In this document: in pieces, positions 23,570 through 36,350 of the stretch
Layout: every line of letters begins with the position of its first letter
How positions within the stretch are numbered: the first letter of the stretch is position 1
Source of the DNA: Owenia fusiformis
Lineage: Eukaryota
Assembly (NCBI GenBank): GCA_903813345.2
Contig: CAIIXF020000001.1
Coordinates: 12,462,001 to 12,526,000 of the forward strand
Reading direction: 5' to 3'
DNA: 64,000 nucleotides
Made by a program: the position numbers and the translations under genes
Notes under the pieces: model-generated
The model's input: the letters and a program-made list of their open reading frames with translations, nothing else
Database searches by the model: none
Told to the model about the DNA's origin: nothing

Positions 23570-26164
23570 CATACCTGCCAACCTACCGTATTTTTACGGG
23601 AATCTACCGTAAATTTTTCGTTTTTCCGTAAAAAAATGACAAACTACCGTAAAAAAATACCATTTTTTTCCCGTAAAAACGCCCGTAAAAAAATCTACCG
23701 TATTTTTTCGTAATCTACCGTAAATTTTCTTTTTAAAAAACTCGTTTATTTCATGAGAACGGCCGTAAAATCTACCGTAAATATTTGAAAATCTACCGTA
23801 AATTTTCGAAAATCTACCGTATTTCTGCTAAAATCAACAGTATTTTTGTTCAAACTACCGTAAAATTTCCCGTTATTGTTATTGGGAAATGCTGAAAAAT
23901 TGAAGTCTTCCTGTACTGTCCCTGTAATATTCCTTCACCAACCCGAATATATAAGGGTTATGTACTGGGAGGTTTTGGATATGGGGTTTATCCAGAGGGA
24001 GATATGCATATCTACCTGAGGGACCGTAGGGACCGAAGGTAGATGTGCATATCTCCCGAGGGATGAACCCCATATCCAAACCGACCGTACATAACTGCTT
24101 TATCCTATACCAAGTAGAGTTTTCAGGGGCATATGGCCATTTCAATAGTACAAGGTGTAAAAATAAACAAATCAAGTCATTTTAATGCATTACCGGAAGC
24201 GGGAAGATATGCACCGGAAGCGGGAAGATATGCACCGAAGCGGGAGATATGGCGGGAGATATGGAGGTTCTGGATATGGAAACCTCAAAATCAGGATACG
24301 GGATATATCTTACCAACTTTTCTCTCTAAAACTCTACTAGGCATAGGATAAAAATAGGTATCGGCAGGTCTGTGGTTATCAGGTTATTGCGCATATTTAT
24401 CTAAGTAAGCTTGCGTGTAATCAGTCCAAACACCAACTACCACTAGCTAGAAAGAATTCTTTCTGCCATGATTTTTGTAGTTAACCAAACCCTTTTGTAC
24501 ACAAATCTTTATTCCGAATGCAACAAAAATATGATTTTAGTTGCGCTTCATCTAAATAAATGAGTGGAAATGTGTATGCATATTTAACGTATGAAATATG
24601 CGTAGTTTGATTTGTTATGAGTCAATGATCGAACGGCACATATACATTATACATAGTTTAATCAATTTGTTAACAGAACGATAAAATGTTGTATTTTTCA
24701 TCAGAACACATTATCAGTAACAAATACATAATTAAATAATAATATTGTGACATCCGAATCTGAACGATGTCTCAGGGGAAAGGTTTCAGCAAATGCTCAT
24801 AACAGATTATTTTTGGAAGACAATTGATCTGTACTTATTTTCTATTTGTGCCAGACAAACACATTGATATCATTAGAGACTTGCGAGTGAACAAATCAAT
24901 ATTTAATACCATATGATTCCAATGTTATATGAACATTATGTCTGTCATTTTAATTCGTTAAAGTGATAGATCATATTCATAGATGGTGAGTAAAAACGTG
25001 TAAAATCCATATTTTGTATTTCAGTAAATGTTTCATTCATGGTATTTCCAAACATCCTAATATCTAAAAAAAACTGGTTAGAAGGTGAATAAAAGTTGAG
25101 ATATGAATATTGTGTTCGTATTTTGAATCAATCTAGATTTATTGTAAAAGAGTTGTATATGTACATTTTGCTGAAACATTAAAATCCAAAGTTGCTGTCA
25201 GTCCATTGTAGGCATGGTAAATGAAGAATAAAAAGTGTTTAGTCTCTATTTATTCTTGAAAATAGTATATCTATTTTTTCTTGAAAATAATAGTTTCGTA
25301 TAATTCTCAGGTGGTAGTTCTGCTTTACAAACTGTAATTATCAAAAGCACTCTTGCAGTAAAATATGTATTCACAATAACAACAACAATATGACCACGTA
25401 AACATTGTATCAATATGAAAAACCGCATTGTATAAAGGTTTAACTACCGCATTTTTCAAAATCTACCGAAAAATACCGCATTTTGGCAAATCTTCCGCAA
25501 AAGTACCAGTTTTTTCCAAAAATTACCGTAAAAACTAATGCAATTTTCAAAATCTACCGTAAAACTATCGCATTTTTTCAAAATCTTCCGCAAAAGTACC
25601 GGTTTTTCAAAAAATTTCCGTAAAGACTACCGCAATTTTCAAAATCTACCGTAAAACTACCGCATTTTTTCAAAATTTTCAACTACCGTACAAACTACCG
25701 TATTTTTTCAAAATCTACCGTAAAACTACCGCATTTTTTCAGAATCTTTCGCAAAACTACCGGTTTTTTCAAAAAGCTACCGTAAAAACTACCGCATTTT
25801 TAAAAATCTACCGTAAAACTACCGCATTTTTTCTAAATCTTCCGCAAAACTACCGCTTTTTTAAAATTTCTACCGCAAAATTACACTTTTTTCAAAAATC
25901 TACCCCAAACCTCTGAAACTACAGTATTTTTTTAAAATCTACCGCAAAAACTACCGTATTTTTTAAATCTACCGCAAAAACTACCGTTTTTTAAAAAATC
26001 TACCGCAAAAACTACCGTTTTTTTATAAAATCTACCGCAAAAACTACCGCAATTTTGTTTAAAAGTACCGTAAAAACTACCGTATTTTGAAAAAATCTAC
26101 CGCAAAAATACAGCAATTTTAAAAAAATCTACCGCAAAATTTTTGTCTTAGGTTGGCAGGTATG
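23570..26164. mobile_element. Non-autonomous hAT-like element with 15-bp TIR, 5-bp TSD and CTACCG subterminal arrays
   Basis: TGATT|CATACCTGCCAACCT...AGGTTGGCAGGTATG|TGATT; arrays of AAA(A/T)CTACCG(T/C)A at about 23583-23872 and 25443-26137. Confidence 0.8.
23953..24352 (+). mobile_element. Hairpin-headed non-autonomous element D (Crypton-like), nested inside the 23570-26164 element
   Basis: Palindrome 23957-24095 (apex GAGGGACCGTAGGGACCGAAGG); TTTATCCTATACC (24099-24111) is inverted at 24340-24352 with one mismatch. Confidence 0.6.
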
Positions 26165-29136
26165 TGATTTTCTCATTTTCAAGTGGGTGCAAATGACTTT
26201 TCAGGTGGGTGCAAGTCTGTTTTCAAAACCTCAGGTGGGTGCTGTGCTCACTTGCTTTAATGCTGGGGACATCTCTGCACTTGGGCTTGGAAAAACTCGT
26301 TGCTCATTGGGCAAGTGAGTTGTTACAGGTCCACAATATGGGAATCTGGGCAATCATGAGTAGACTATCATGTTTACATGCCTGTTACAGCTACAACATA
26401 GAATCTCTTAGCATTAACAGTCACAAATATATTTTGCACTGCTCTACCTTTTGGAATTTTTGCAGGCGACAACTTTAAATCGAAAAGAAATCTTAGTATT
26501 AAATTACTATATAGATTTTTACTGATTTTTAAAGCAAAGAAATAATGCATTTTATATTATTGCTTATATAAATAATAATATTTATACAAAAAAATATGAT
26601 TTACATGAATAAAGTGAATAAAGTCAAATGTATGTCGAAACATCATACATTTTTCAAAATATAACTGTCCGGTTATTTTTGAGTACCGTCATTAAATAAA
26701 GGTAGATGTTGATAAAAAATAGTTGACCTAAAGGTCTACAGACAACGACACCAACATGACCAATGACCATGATTATCAAAAGTTGTCTGAGTGGATTTGT
26801 TACAGTCAATGTAATGTGAAATAGGCCTCCATCTAAGCCTATGTGATTTATATCAGTTGCACCAGCTCGTACCAGGGTGACAGGAGCAAAAGGGAACATG
26901 AGACAAAGTGGCACTCATGTGACATTTAAGAAATATTGGATTCATTTGACCTTATCCCTTAATATTTGATCTTAGCATAGACCTTATGTCTACAAGTTAC
27001 AGTGAGTATATTATCAGAATTTTACTGAATGAATTAAATTTTGTTTTTGGAGAAAGAATTATGAAAAGAATCATTGAGATAACTAACTTTTTCTTTACAT
27101 CACTAACCTACCACAGTGTACATCATAGATTTGTATGTTAGCATATCTTCAAAAATGACATACCCAAAATGTAATTTGTTGTTGATTGTCATTACAACAT
27201 TAAATATTTGAAATCAAAATGTTAAACCATTTGCCTGAAAATGCATAGACAAATCTGATGGGTGGATTTAAATTTAAAGCCTGAAGATGTGAAACAATTT
27301 TTTTTCCTGGCCTAAATTGAACTCTGTAGAACAACCACTATCAGTGAAGGTCTTGCAATTGATCCACTTGGTACATTCAGGTCATTTACATATATTCTAT
27401 AAATATACTAGTGCAAATAGTGCAAATACATACATGACCTCGTCTATTAGTGGAGGCACCTACATGAAATATGGCTTTGATTAAATTTTCCTTCTGATGA
27501 CACTTTGTTTGGAGTTTTCCAACAGCAGTAAGAAAACTTCTTGCACCAGTTGATATAGGCTATAATAGTCGAATTAGAAATGTTCTAAGAATTGGGCGAA
27601 TGGTCCTGCAAGCTGGCCACGAAGGGAATGTAATCTTGTCAGATAGGATAGAAAATGAATCTCTGTTTAAACATGGACTTGGGATTTAGGGTTGTGAACC
27701 AATAAGACCCCTGCATTTGATCCCGATACAGCTCAATCCACAGCAAATCAGGAATGGCTCAACTGTATGGTATACAACCCTTACACCACCCTTCTACAAA
27801 TCATAAGGCAAGCACTTGAATATTTTAACACACCAACGATTGTGTGCTGTAACTGGGGTCCAATGTCACTTGATGCCAACTTCGCCCCAATATGTAATTG
27901 GCGACTAAAGTGGATATGGGATGATATGTACAATTGATTTATCTCTCTCTGCAGAGAACATGGCTATGGAGATGCATGCGACAATATTAGAGATGCATAC
28001 AAGACTATATCACTATTCATGATAAACAGAAATGACGCTATCCACTACCCTGCCCCATATATGCCACATAGCATATCTGTTGAAGGATTTTTTTGACATC
28101 TGAAACAGAACCATTGGATACAGCAATATCATCAAGAAAGCAGGAGAACAAGGTATAAGTGTTACTAGTTTTGGCTCTATGCATCGTCCATTAGATCCTA
28201 ATATAAGTGAAAAGTTTGGAAGTGCCTTCGCCGCAAAGCCTCAGACTGTCATATGGAGCTACGAGGGTCCCTACCAAAAGGACTTTCTGTCAAATAGATG
28301 ATTCAAATGGAAAAGTATTAACTAACACAGGAATTAGTTTAACATATTTGTCTGAAATGCAGTTATTGCCTTTGATCTATACTAGAGATTTATTAACAAA
28401 TGTCACAATTCAGTAATGGCAAATGACAATATAACACAACATACTGACTTAAAAAGGGCCAATCTTTTATTATATGCTCACAAACATATTTAGCTACTTC
28501 TGTATAAACTAAAAGTCTATAACATATATGCCAAAAAATGAAAAGTATCATCTCAGTACAAAATGGCACTCTATCGAGGACAATGTTAGAGAATTTCTGC
28601 AGTGTTCCATGCCCATTTCCCCATATGTGCCCTTTGAATGCAAATACCAATTTATTGATTATCAGCATAAGCCAGCATATAGAAACTATTTATTCCTGTC
28701 TATTTATTCCTGTCTACACAGAATAGACTATAGAAGAAGTTGTGAAGTAGTGAATCTGGAACATTCAACATAGATTACTGATACAGTTCACATACCAATC
28801 CACATGAATCATTAGGTATAATTCTAAAATTTCAGATGTAGAGATTCCCTTTAAGTTTTTACAAAAGTATAGTCCACACATTATAACTTATTTTATACGA
28901 CAGAAGTCAAGACATCAATCCATCCCTGGAAATTATTTTTCTTCGCCGAAGCCAAGGAACTTTCTAGTTGAATTTTTGAGGAAATCATATTGTGTTAAGA
29001 CTAATCTGTTATACCATATACAAGATCCATATAGATGCAGAATCTCAAGTTCATATGCCAGTTGTATCTGAGTATTCCATATTTTGCCTTATTTGCAACA
29101 CAATTCTTCAAATTGAGAAATCTTGAAGCTACTCAA

Positions 29137-29265
29137 CATTGTCACATGTTTCACATTTCTCCACATTGCAATGATTCACATTTTCTCCATTTTGTTTCAC
29201 ATTTCTCCACACTGCAATGTTTCACATTTCTCCACACTGTAATGTTTCACATTTCTCCACATTGT
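29137..29265 (-). repeat. Tandem repeat of about 25 bp containing the last codons and stop of PPIH
   Basis: TTTCACATTTCTCCACA(C/T)TG(C/T)AATG, about 5 copies on +, reading CA(A/G)TGTGGAGAAATGTGAAACATT on -. Confidence 0.8.
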
Positions 29266-32200
29266 GAAATCTGGACAGGTATTTTAGGTTTATTATTAGG
29301 TCCAGTTGGAACGTTTTCTATTTTTCTTAACACTAAGAGTCCTTCTGTAACTCGACCTGGAACAAATGTTTCAACACTTTTATTATAGCTACTGTATACT
29401 GTATACCGACTTCATCTTATCATATTACAATTTGGCATGTTTGACCTGAATTATGGAATCCCTTTTTATATTTATCAAATTCGATGGGATGATTCTACTC
29501 GTCAGTTTTCTTATATCTAATGTTTTGCCCTTTCTACTCACATGCTTTCAAAGTAATAATGATGAACTGAATAGTCATAACAGGTGTAAAGAATTCAATG
29601 ATTGATAGTATTGAGGAAATAACATGTTATTCATACAACAAAATTAGGAATAATTTTGCTTGTTAAAACTAGGTAGGCTACATAGTACATTTTAGAATTC
29701 TGTTTGCTTACTGTACTGTGCTGTGTTGTGTTATGTTATGTCTTGTATTGTATTGTATTGTATTGTACTACATTGTATTGTGTTGCTTTGTATTGCGTTG
29801 TATCATAAGCATGTGAATGACAGGATGCTACCAACACCTTGCATACTAATAAATAAAAATAAACTGTAAGTAAAATAGAACTTACCAATTACCACATGTT
29901 TTCCATCCAGGAAGTCACACTTTGCACATGTGATGAAGAACTGACAGCCATTGGTGTCTTTACCACTGTTGGCCTACAAAGTATACAACAAAGATTGTTT
30001 TCAAAGTACATGTACACTATATTGCTCATGTATGTGATGTATAAAACCTGTATAAGTGGAATATCTTTGGTACTCCAAAACAGTGTGCCACTTGGGAGAT
30101 GTACCACTAACACAGACTTATTTTACATGGACATAATTGGTAAGAGGAGGAGCTCCTGTATATGTACAATAACACTCATACTCTTTAACATGTTAACCAG
30201 TGATCATCTTACTATAATGTCAAATAGATTTAATTCATTTAACACAAAATGCTGTAAAAGGGTGACAATTTTCCTCGCACTCTATGGCCACCTTACCATA
30301 TCAAACATATGGGTGGTCTATGGTGACCTATTTGGGTTAATGACTTAATGTGAACAGTTCTTATTTGTTAAATGTACATTATCCATACATGTTATGTTTG
30401 AAGTTTGAAAGTACATGTTCCTTTATTAATTGTTTTTTTATATAACAGATGCATGGCAATGTAGCACTCACCATTGATAATATTCCTGCTCCAGTATGTT
30501 TCAACTTAAAGTTCTCATCTGCAAATGCGATTCCTCCATATATACTGGTCAGACCAACACCATCACCCTGGAAGTTAATAAAAAAATATGTAGGAATGAT
30601 CCAAAGGGCATCAAGTAGCTTTTAACATATACTGAAATGCACTTCACAGATATTTATTAAGAAAAAAAGTATGCATGTAAGTTCAGAATTTTAACTGGCT
30701 GTTGATAAAATATATATTATCAAACTGCCTTAATGGTTATGAAGTCAAAGTTAAAAAACGTCCATTTCTACTAACTAAGATAATGATATCAACATGTTTA
30801 ATGAGTAATCGATTTCACTTCCAAGGTAATTCATTGACTTTATTCACTGTGAAGCTTATTTGTATAGCATTAACTAGAAAATGGCAACTCCAGGGAGACA
30901 CGTGGTCCTAACTTCGACCGTTAATTTGAATTTTTGACCTACCAGGTGCTTGAAAATCAAAAATTGTGAGTCTCATACTGCACCATTTTTCTTCAAACTT
31001 TTACTATTAAAAGCAGAACAAAATTGCCTTTCTGTCAGTGCATTACTTAATTGTAAAGAGTCCCTCGTTCTAGCAGCGTTTTGGTCCCCAGCTGTTAGAA
31101 TGCCTTCTTACAGCTGGGGACCAAAATGCCACTGAAAGTAGGGACTCTGTTGAAGAGAATAATGTACCATCAGAAAGGGATTTGTGTTATGCTTTGAATG
31201 GAACAAGTTTGAAGAAAAACGGTGCAGTATGAGACTCGTAATCCTTGATTTTCAAACATCTGGTATGTCAAAAATTCAAATTAACGGTCGAAGTTAGGAC
31301 CGCGTGGGAGAAGCAAATCTAAAACAAATGATAAATGAATCACAATATAATATTTACCATCTACTTTATCCTTTATGTGCAGATAATAAGATGCAGATAA
31401 TAAAAGACAGACATTGGAGATAGATCTATCAAAATTCCCACCAATATGCACAACCTAATGTATACTAGTTTAGCAAATTCCCATCTTAGTATTCTTTTTT
31501 ATTCTAGGTCATTCAACTCATGCCTCTAAAAAAACAGATCTGAAAATAATTTTTCTTAATTACAAGTTATGGTACTCACACTAATAAAATCTCCACCCTG
31601 GACCATAAAATCTTTGATAACCCTGAAATTAGAAATAGGTCATGAAAACACAGGATTTTGAATATTGAAGTTAAGCATTTCTAGTCATATCAGTTATGGC
31701 CTTCAAGAAACCTAGTCCCACAACCTCTTTCTCATATTAACTAATACACATGTGTTAATACCCAAGAGTAATCACATGGAATTATTCATGTCTTAAGATT
31801 GACTCTGTCATATCGGAATACTTTTTCCATTCACATGTTTTCATTCTAGTTTTGACAATACACAAAGAATTCACACATCATAACATGGGAGGATGAATGG
31901 AATAATAGGGCCTCAGAGGTTAATACATAGGGCCTCAGAGGTTAATATATAAGGCCTCAGAGGTTAATATATAGGGCCTTGGAGGTTAATATATAGGGCC
32001 TCAGAGGTTAATATATAGGGCCTTGGAGGTTAATATATAGGGCCACAGAGGTTAATATATAAGGCCACAGAGGTTAATATATAGGGCCTTGGAGGTTAAT
32101 ATATAGGGCCTCAGAGGTTAATATATAGGGCCTCAGAGGTTAATATATAAGGCCTCAGAGGTTAATATATAGGGCCTTGGAGGTTAATATATAGGGCCTC

Positions 32201-35200
32201 AGAGGTTAATATATAGGGCCTTGGAGGTTAATATATAGGGCCTCAGAGGTAAATATATAGGGCCTTAGAGGTTAATATATAAGGCCTCAGAGGTTAATAT
32301 ATAGGGCCTCAGAGGTTAATATACAAGGCCACAGAGGTTAATATATAAGGCCACAGAGGTTAATATATAGGGCCTTGGAGGTTAATACAAGGGCCGAGCA
32401 ATATATTCGCTACTTTTTGCTCTCAAATTGTTAATGATAAAGTATCTTACCTGAAATTTTCCAAAATAATAGAAAAAACATTTTTCTGTAATATCACCAA
32501 ATGTGCATTTATTTGGTTACATCCGTAATATTTTACATGGCATTGAATATTGGTTGATAGTGACCACCGGAGCTGACATTTGTGACAATGTTTCAGAAAA
32601 CAACTTTTATACAAAATTTCCTTTTTGTTAATTAAGACAGTTACTCCTCATTCCGTGCCTCATTCTCAAAATAGTGTCCATCTGCAGCTATGCATTTTCT
32701 ACATCGGGAAAGCCAGTCTTGATAGGCCTGTTGCAGTCCGTTTCCATTTCCATATAGGTATTTTAGGGCCTTATGGACGGCCTCAACCACTTCTTCACGG
32801 TCACCAAACCTCTGCCCGCGTAGCTCATTCTTCAGTTTGCCGAAAATTTCAAAGTCGCACAATGCAAGGTCTGGACTGTATGGTGCATGATCAAATTTTT
32901 CAATGTTTAGAGCTGCTAATATATCAGTTACCTCACGGGCCCTGTGTGATGGAGCATTATCTTGATGATATAGCATATGGTTGATCAATACTGGGCGCTT
33001 TTTATACAAAGTCTCTGTTCTTTTAGATTTGCATTTACCATGCTTGCTTCTTGATGCAACTCAGGAAGCAGAGTCTCCCTTTTGTGATGTATATCATAGT
33101 TTACTCAATCATTCTTAAATAAAGTTAAGTTGGAGCAACTGAAATCTTGAGAATCAAGCTGACCTACCTATGGAATGGACATCCTTTATATCCTATTGGG
33201 ACACCATCCTTTCTGTATTCACCTGTGCAAAATTGCCTATAAGCAAGATAAGCATAAGATGAGTCTTACATGTATTTGATTTCATAAATTGAATAAATAC
33301 TTTCTACTTTTAAAACTATGAGAGTTATACTTGTCATTTCATGCACTTTTTTCAGCAAAGTTATATTAAATTTAAAGTATTTAACCCTTAATAGATAATT
33401 TCCCTGATGTAAAATTATATTTTTAAATTTATTCCAAACTCACATGCCTTACCTAAAGTTTTCGGCTGACTTTGGAACAACATCGGCAAAAAGCTCAAAC
33501 TTAATTCTACCAATTTCCTAAAAAAGACAAATTAAGTGAAGTATTGGGATTAAGGAAGAATTGGGGTTAAGGAAGATCTGTATGTTGGGAATTCTTACTT
33601 ATTTCCATAATTATGATTATCATCATCAATAATTAATAAAAGGGTACAACATTTTTCACATTTTTATGTGGATATTTATATTATGGAAGAAAGTTCATAC
33701 AAATTTGAAAAATACTACGTGTTTCAATAATCAATAGTAATAGTAAATTAATCATTAATATTCATAAAAAATCTAGACATGCCAATCTACCTTATGAGGG
33801 ACAGAGTCTCAAAATTCCAATATAGCTCCTAAATGAACTAATGATATATAAACAATTGGGATAAAAGGGTATTTTCAAAGACAATTTCACAATTACTAGA
33901 TTAAAATGTCAAAAATCTGAAAATTTCACAAGCTAAAACATAGTTCAATAAGTTAAACCTAGTCTTGGTCTTATTTCATATTGAACATCCCTTGTGACCC
34001 GCAACTAGGTTTGACATCTTCCATATTCATATATGGAATATACCATATATACCATATTCCGCCAACGCTGCAAGAAATTTAAATCAAGAGGGAGATTCCA
34101 TGCACATGTAATTAATTCCTGCTTTTGTGATGTTACTCCTGAACTAATGAGATCCAAAAAACCACAAATACATGTAGTTCTACCTTATGAATAAAAACAC
34201 ATACCATATCTCCTTTGTCCTCACTCAAGCATAATTTTGAATAATTTGAAGACAGCTTTAGAAAAATTTGGTTCAGACTGAGGTAACATTGAAATGGCAA
34301 ATCACCATTGATGACACTGAAGCATGGGCTTTCAAGAGATCTGTTTAAAACCTATGACTGAACGAAACGCCATTGACAAGTACACAAACGAGAGATGCAC
34401 ATTATTTCCTCAGTGGATCTATTCAATATCCCCTGGAAGAGATTATCAATTTATTGAAGGCAATTTCATTGCACTAAGAGTTTGAGGTTCAGACACAAAT
34501 GGCCAATGCTCAAACATTGATTTGGGAAATGTAGATTGTCACATCTTCTAACACTCCTGGACAATTGACTTTGAAATGGAAGGAAAACAAGAGATTACAA
34601 CCTTGATAACTATACTTTTCTTGGCGGGGCGAAAACATGTTCAATAATAGTACGATATAGAGTAAACGTTACGTTCTTCAAGTTCAACGTTACGTTGATT
34701 TGTGACCAAAAATAAAGGACGGGAACCTGTATCAACACCTGACATTTATTGGTCACCAAACCTAAAATAATGAAAATGCACAATTTATGCTTCAAATGGT
34801 ACGTCTACGTATATAGTCTATTATTTTTCCATGTTGGTCCACCCACAGGAACCTGTATCAACACCTGTCACGAGTAGATAAGGTTAACTGATGTTGCATT
34901 CTGGGAGTCAATCCACCTTGGATCACAAACATGGCAATCCATGAAAACATTCATTCGATTTGGTTGGAATTTATCCATCATTTGCAGGTATGAAGCTTCG
35001 GATTCAAGTGTAGGGAGTCAAGTGGACACCCTGTTTTCAAAAGTTGGTGGTCCATATTATAACAAGGTGGTCCACTAACTATGGATATAGCAATCATGAT
35101 GCGACCCCCCTCCTTTGCACCAAATTATTTTTTGAATCATATTCTAAATTTTTTTAAAAACTACCCCCTCCTTGGCTACCCCTCTCATACAGACTCAGAA

Positions 35201-36350
35201 AGAGGAATACCCCCCAGCCCCCAGTTGCTATACGGCCTATTCCCCCACCAAATATCCTTTCCTAGTATCCTACACCCCCTAGTAAATGTCTGCCCCCTCA
35301 TATTATCATTAAATATTTATCAGATTTCGCGGATATATTGCATTGTTTTCTGAAATTAAGTTTGACTTTTTTTCAATTAGTGTCCGGTTGATATATGCGT
35401 GTAAACAACGAACAGTAGAAATTGACGAACGTACGAACTTGAGCATACACATCGGTGTATGATATTTATATCGCCCTTGATAAATGAGGTAGACTTATTT
35501 CAGTCAAATGTGCAGTATACAGCAGTAGATATCGATATATTTATCGGAAAGCTGCCAAAATGTTGAAAATCAAATTTGAATATGTTAGTTACGAACCAAA
35601 CGCTACGTTTGAGATTGTAATGCAACCAAATTACCCAGTATTCTTAGTATGATCATGCCGAGTTTTTGATTGGTTAATAGGGTTCAATGTAGAGGTCGGG
35701 CCTACATTGGCGCTGGGTAAAGTCCTTTTTTGCAGAAGTTTTCATTTTGTTCGTGAAATTTTTGTTTGAAAGTTGAAAAGATCGAAATATCTACCAATTT
35801 CAAAGTAATTTTACTTGTTTTGTCTAGTGTTGCGGGTGGTCAAGAGTCACTTCTAAATATATAAGGGCATTATCACATGGGAGTCAAACGGACTCCCGTT
35901 TATGACAACGTAGGGTTCCGGAACGATATCACCCGGGTCTACGGACTCCCGCTTCTGCCGAACCCTGCATATCAGGCTTTAACATTACCACGGTCATGAC
36001 AGGCCATGCAATACTAGCATTATCACGGTTATATCAGGCTTTCACAATAACAATACAACGGTCATGGCAGGATCCTTGCGAAACTTAAAAACACTTAATA
36101 ACATGGTGACGGTTATGCCAGACATAAGTCTTGCAACAGATAGGGTCTCAGTGAAGTTCCTGTGAATTATAAAGAAGAATACTTCAATAATCAATATATG
36201 TTTACTCTAAAGCTACAATCTGCCTATTATGCACAATTGCAGTTGTTCATCATGATGAAATATAAAATCATATTTACTTACTGTGTGTCCGACTGTAATA
36301 TCGAAAAACACAATAGGATTGTTTGGATTTGGCTTTTCCGGAAGTTCCAT
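29247..36350 (-). CDS. PPIH: Peptidyl-prolyl isomerase H (U4/U6 snRNP cyclophilin), 179 aa
   Basis: Exons 36350-36282, 33517-33453, 33236-33168, 31622-31580, 30567-30472, 29973-29886, 29356-29247. Translation NPIVFFDI...[22 protein letters not shown]...NGCQFFITC...[23 protein letters not shown] carries the PPIH-specific signatures. Confidence 0.95.
29712..29802. repeat. (TATTG/TGTTG)n microsatellite
   Basis: Pentamer repeats read directly. Confidence 0.65.
30899..31306. mobile_element. Foldback MITE with CAC...GTG termini and 5-bp TSD (Transib/RAG-like)
   Basis: GGAGA|CACGTGGTCCTAACTTCGACCGTTAATTTGAATTTTTGAC...GTCAAAAATTCAAATTAACGGTCGAAGTTAGGACCGCGTG|GGAGA; imperfectly palindromic throughout, centre near 31100. 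Confidence 0.75.
31903..32396. repeat. 22-bp minisatellite (TAATATATAGGGCCTCAGAGGT), about 22 copies
   Basis: Tandem repeat with a few recurring variants (CCTCAG/CCTTGG/CCACAG). Confidence 0.95.
32388..33010 (-). mobile_element. 5'-truncated mariner element (C-terminal DDD transposase fragment plus one terminus)
   Basis: ORF 33009-32641 with HQDNAPSH and [12 protein letters not shown] mariner motifs; TA|CAAGGGCC end at 32388 resembles mariner TA|CGAGGG termini. Confidence 0.85.

Larger units (their letters stand above)
23488..26277. mobile_element. hAT-like MITE with 6-bp TSD (CACTTG), split by a 2.6-kb nested insertion
   Basis: CACTTG|CAGTGATCTCCCCAG...CTGGGGACATCTCTG|CACTTG. Confidence 0.65.

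Noticed and set aside
27490-27560. CTGATGA-stem-GAAA hammerhead-like motif
   Set aside because: Stem II lacks a proper closing pair and I found no convincing stems I and III.
27540-28100. Coding-looking stretch between SLC25A35 and PPIH with an acceptor-like site on the minus strand
   Set aside because: All three frames stop shortly after the acceptor.
28148-28970. Possible HINE-like element ends (AACAAG..., TTCGCCGAAG...TTCTAGTT)
   Set aside because: I could not define the boundaries or internal structure with confidence.
29905-29920. PPIH has Phe at the cyclosporin-binding Trp position (KCDFLDGKH)
   Set aside because: As I recall, this substitution is common in invertebrate PPIH, so it is not notable.
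31903-32396. Regular repeat array superficially like CRISPR
   Set aside because: There are no unique spacers or cas genes, and it lies in a eukaryotic intron.
34053-34067. Apparent 15-nt PPIH microexon (RWRNM)
   Set aside because: The true exon 1 (36350-36282) splices in phase to 33517 and gives a canonical protein without it.
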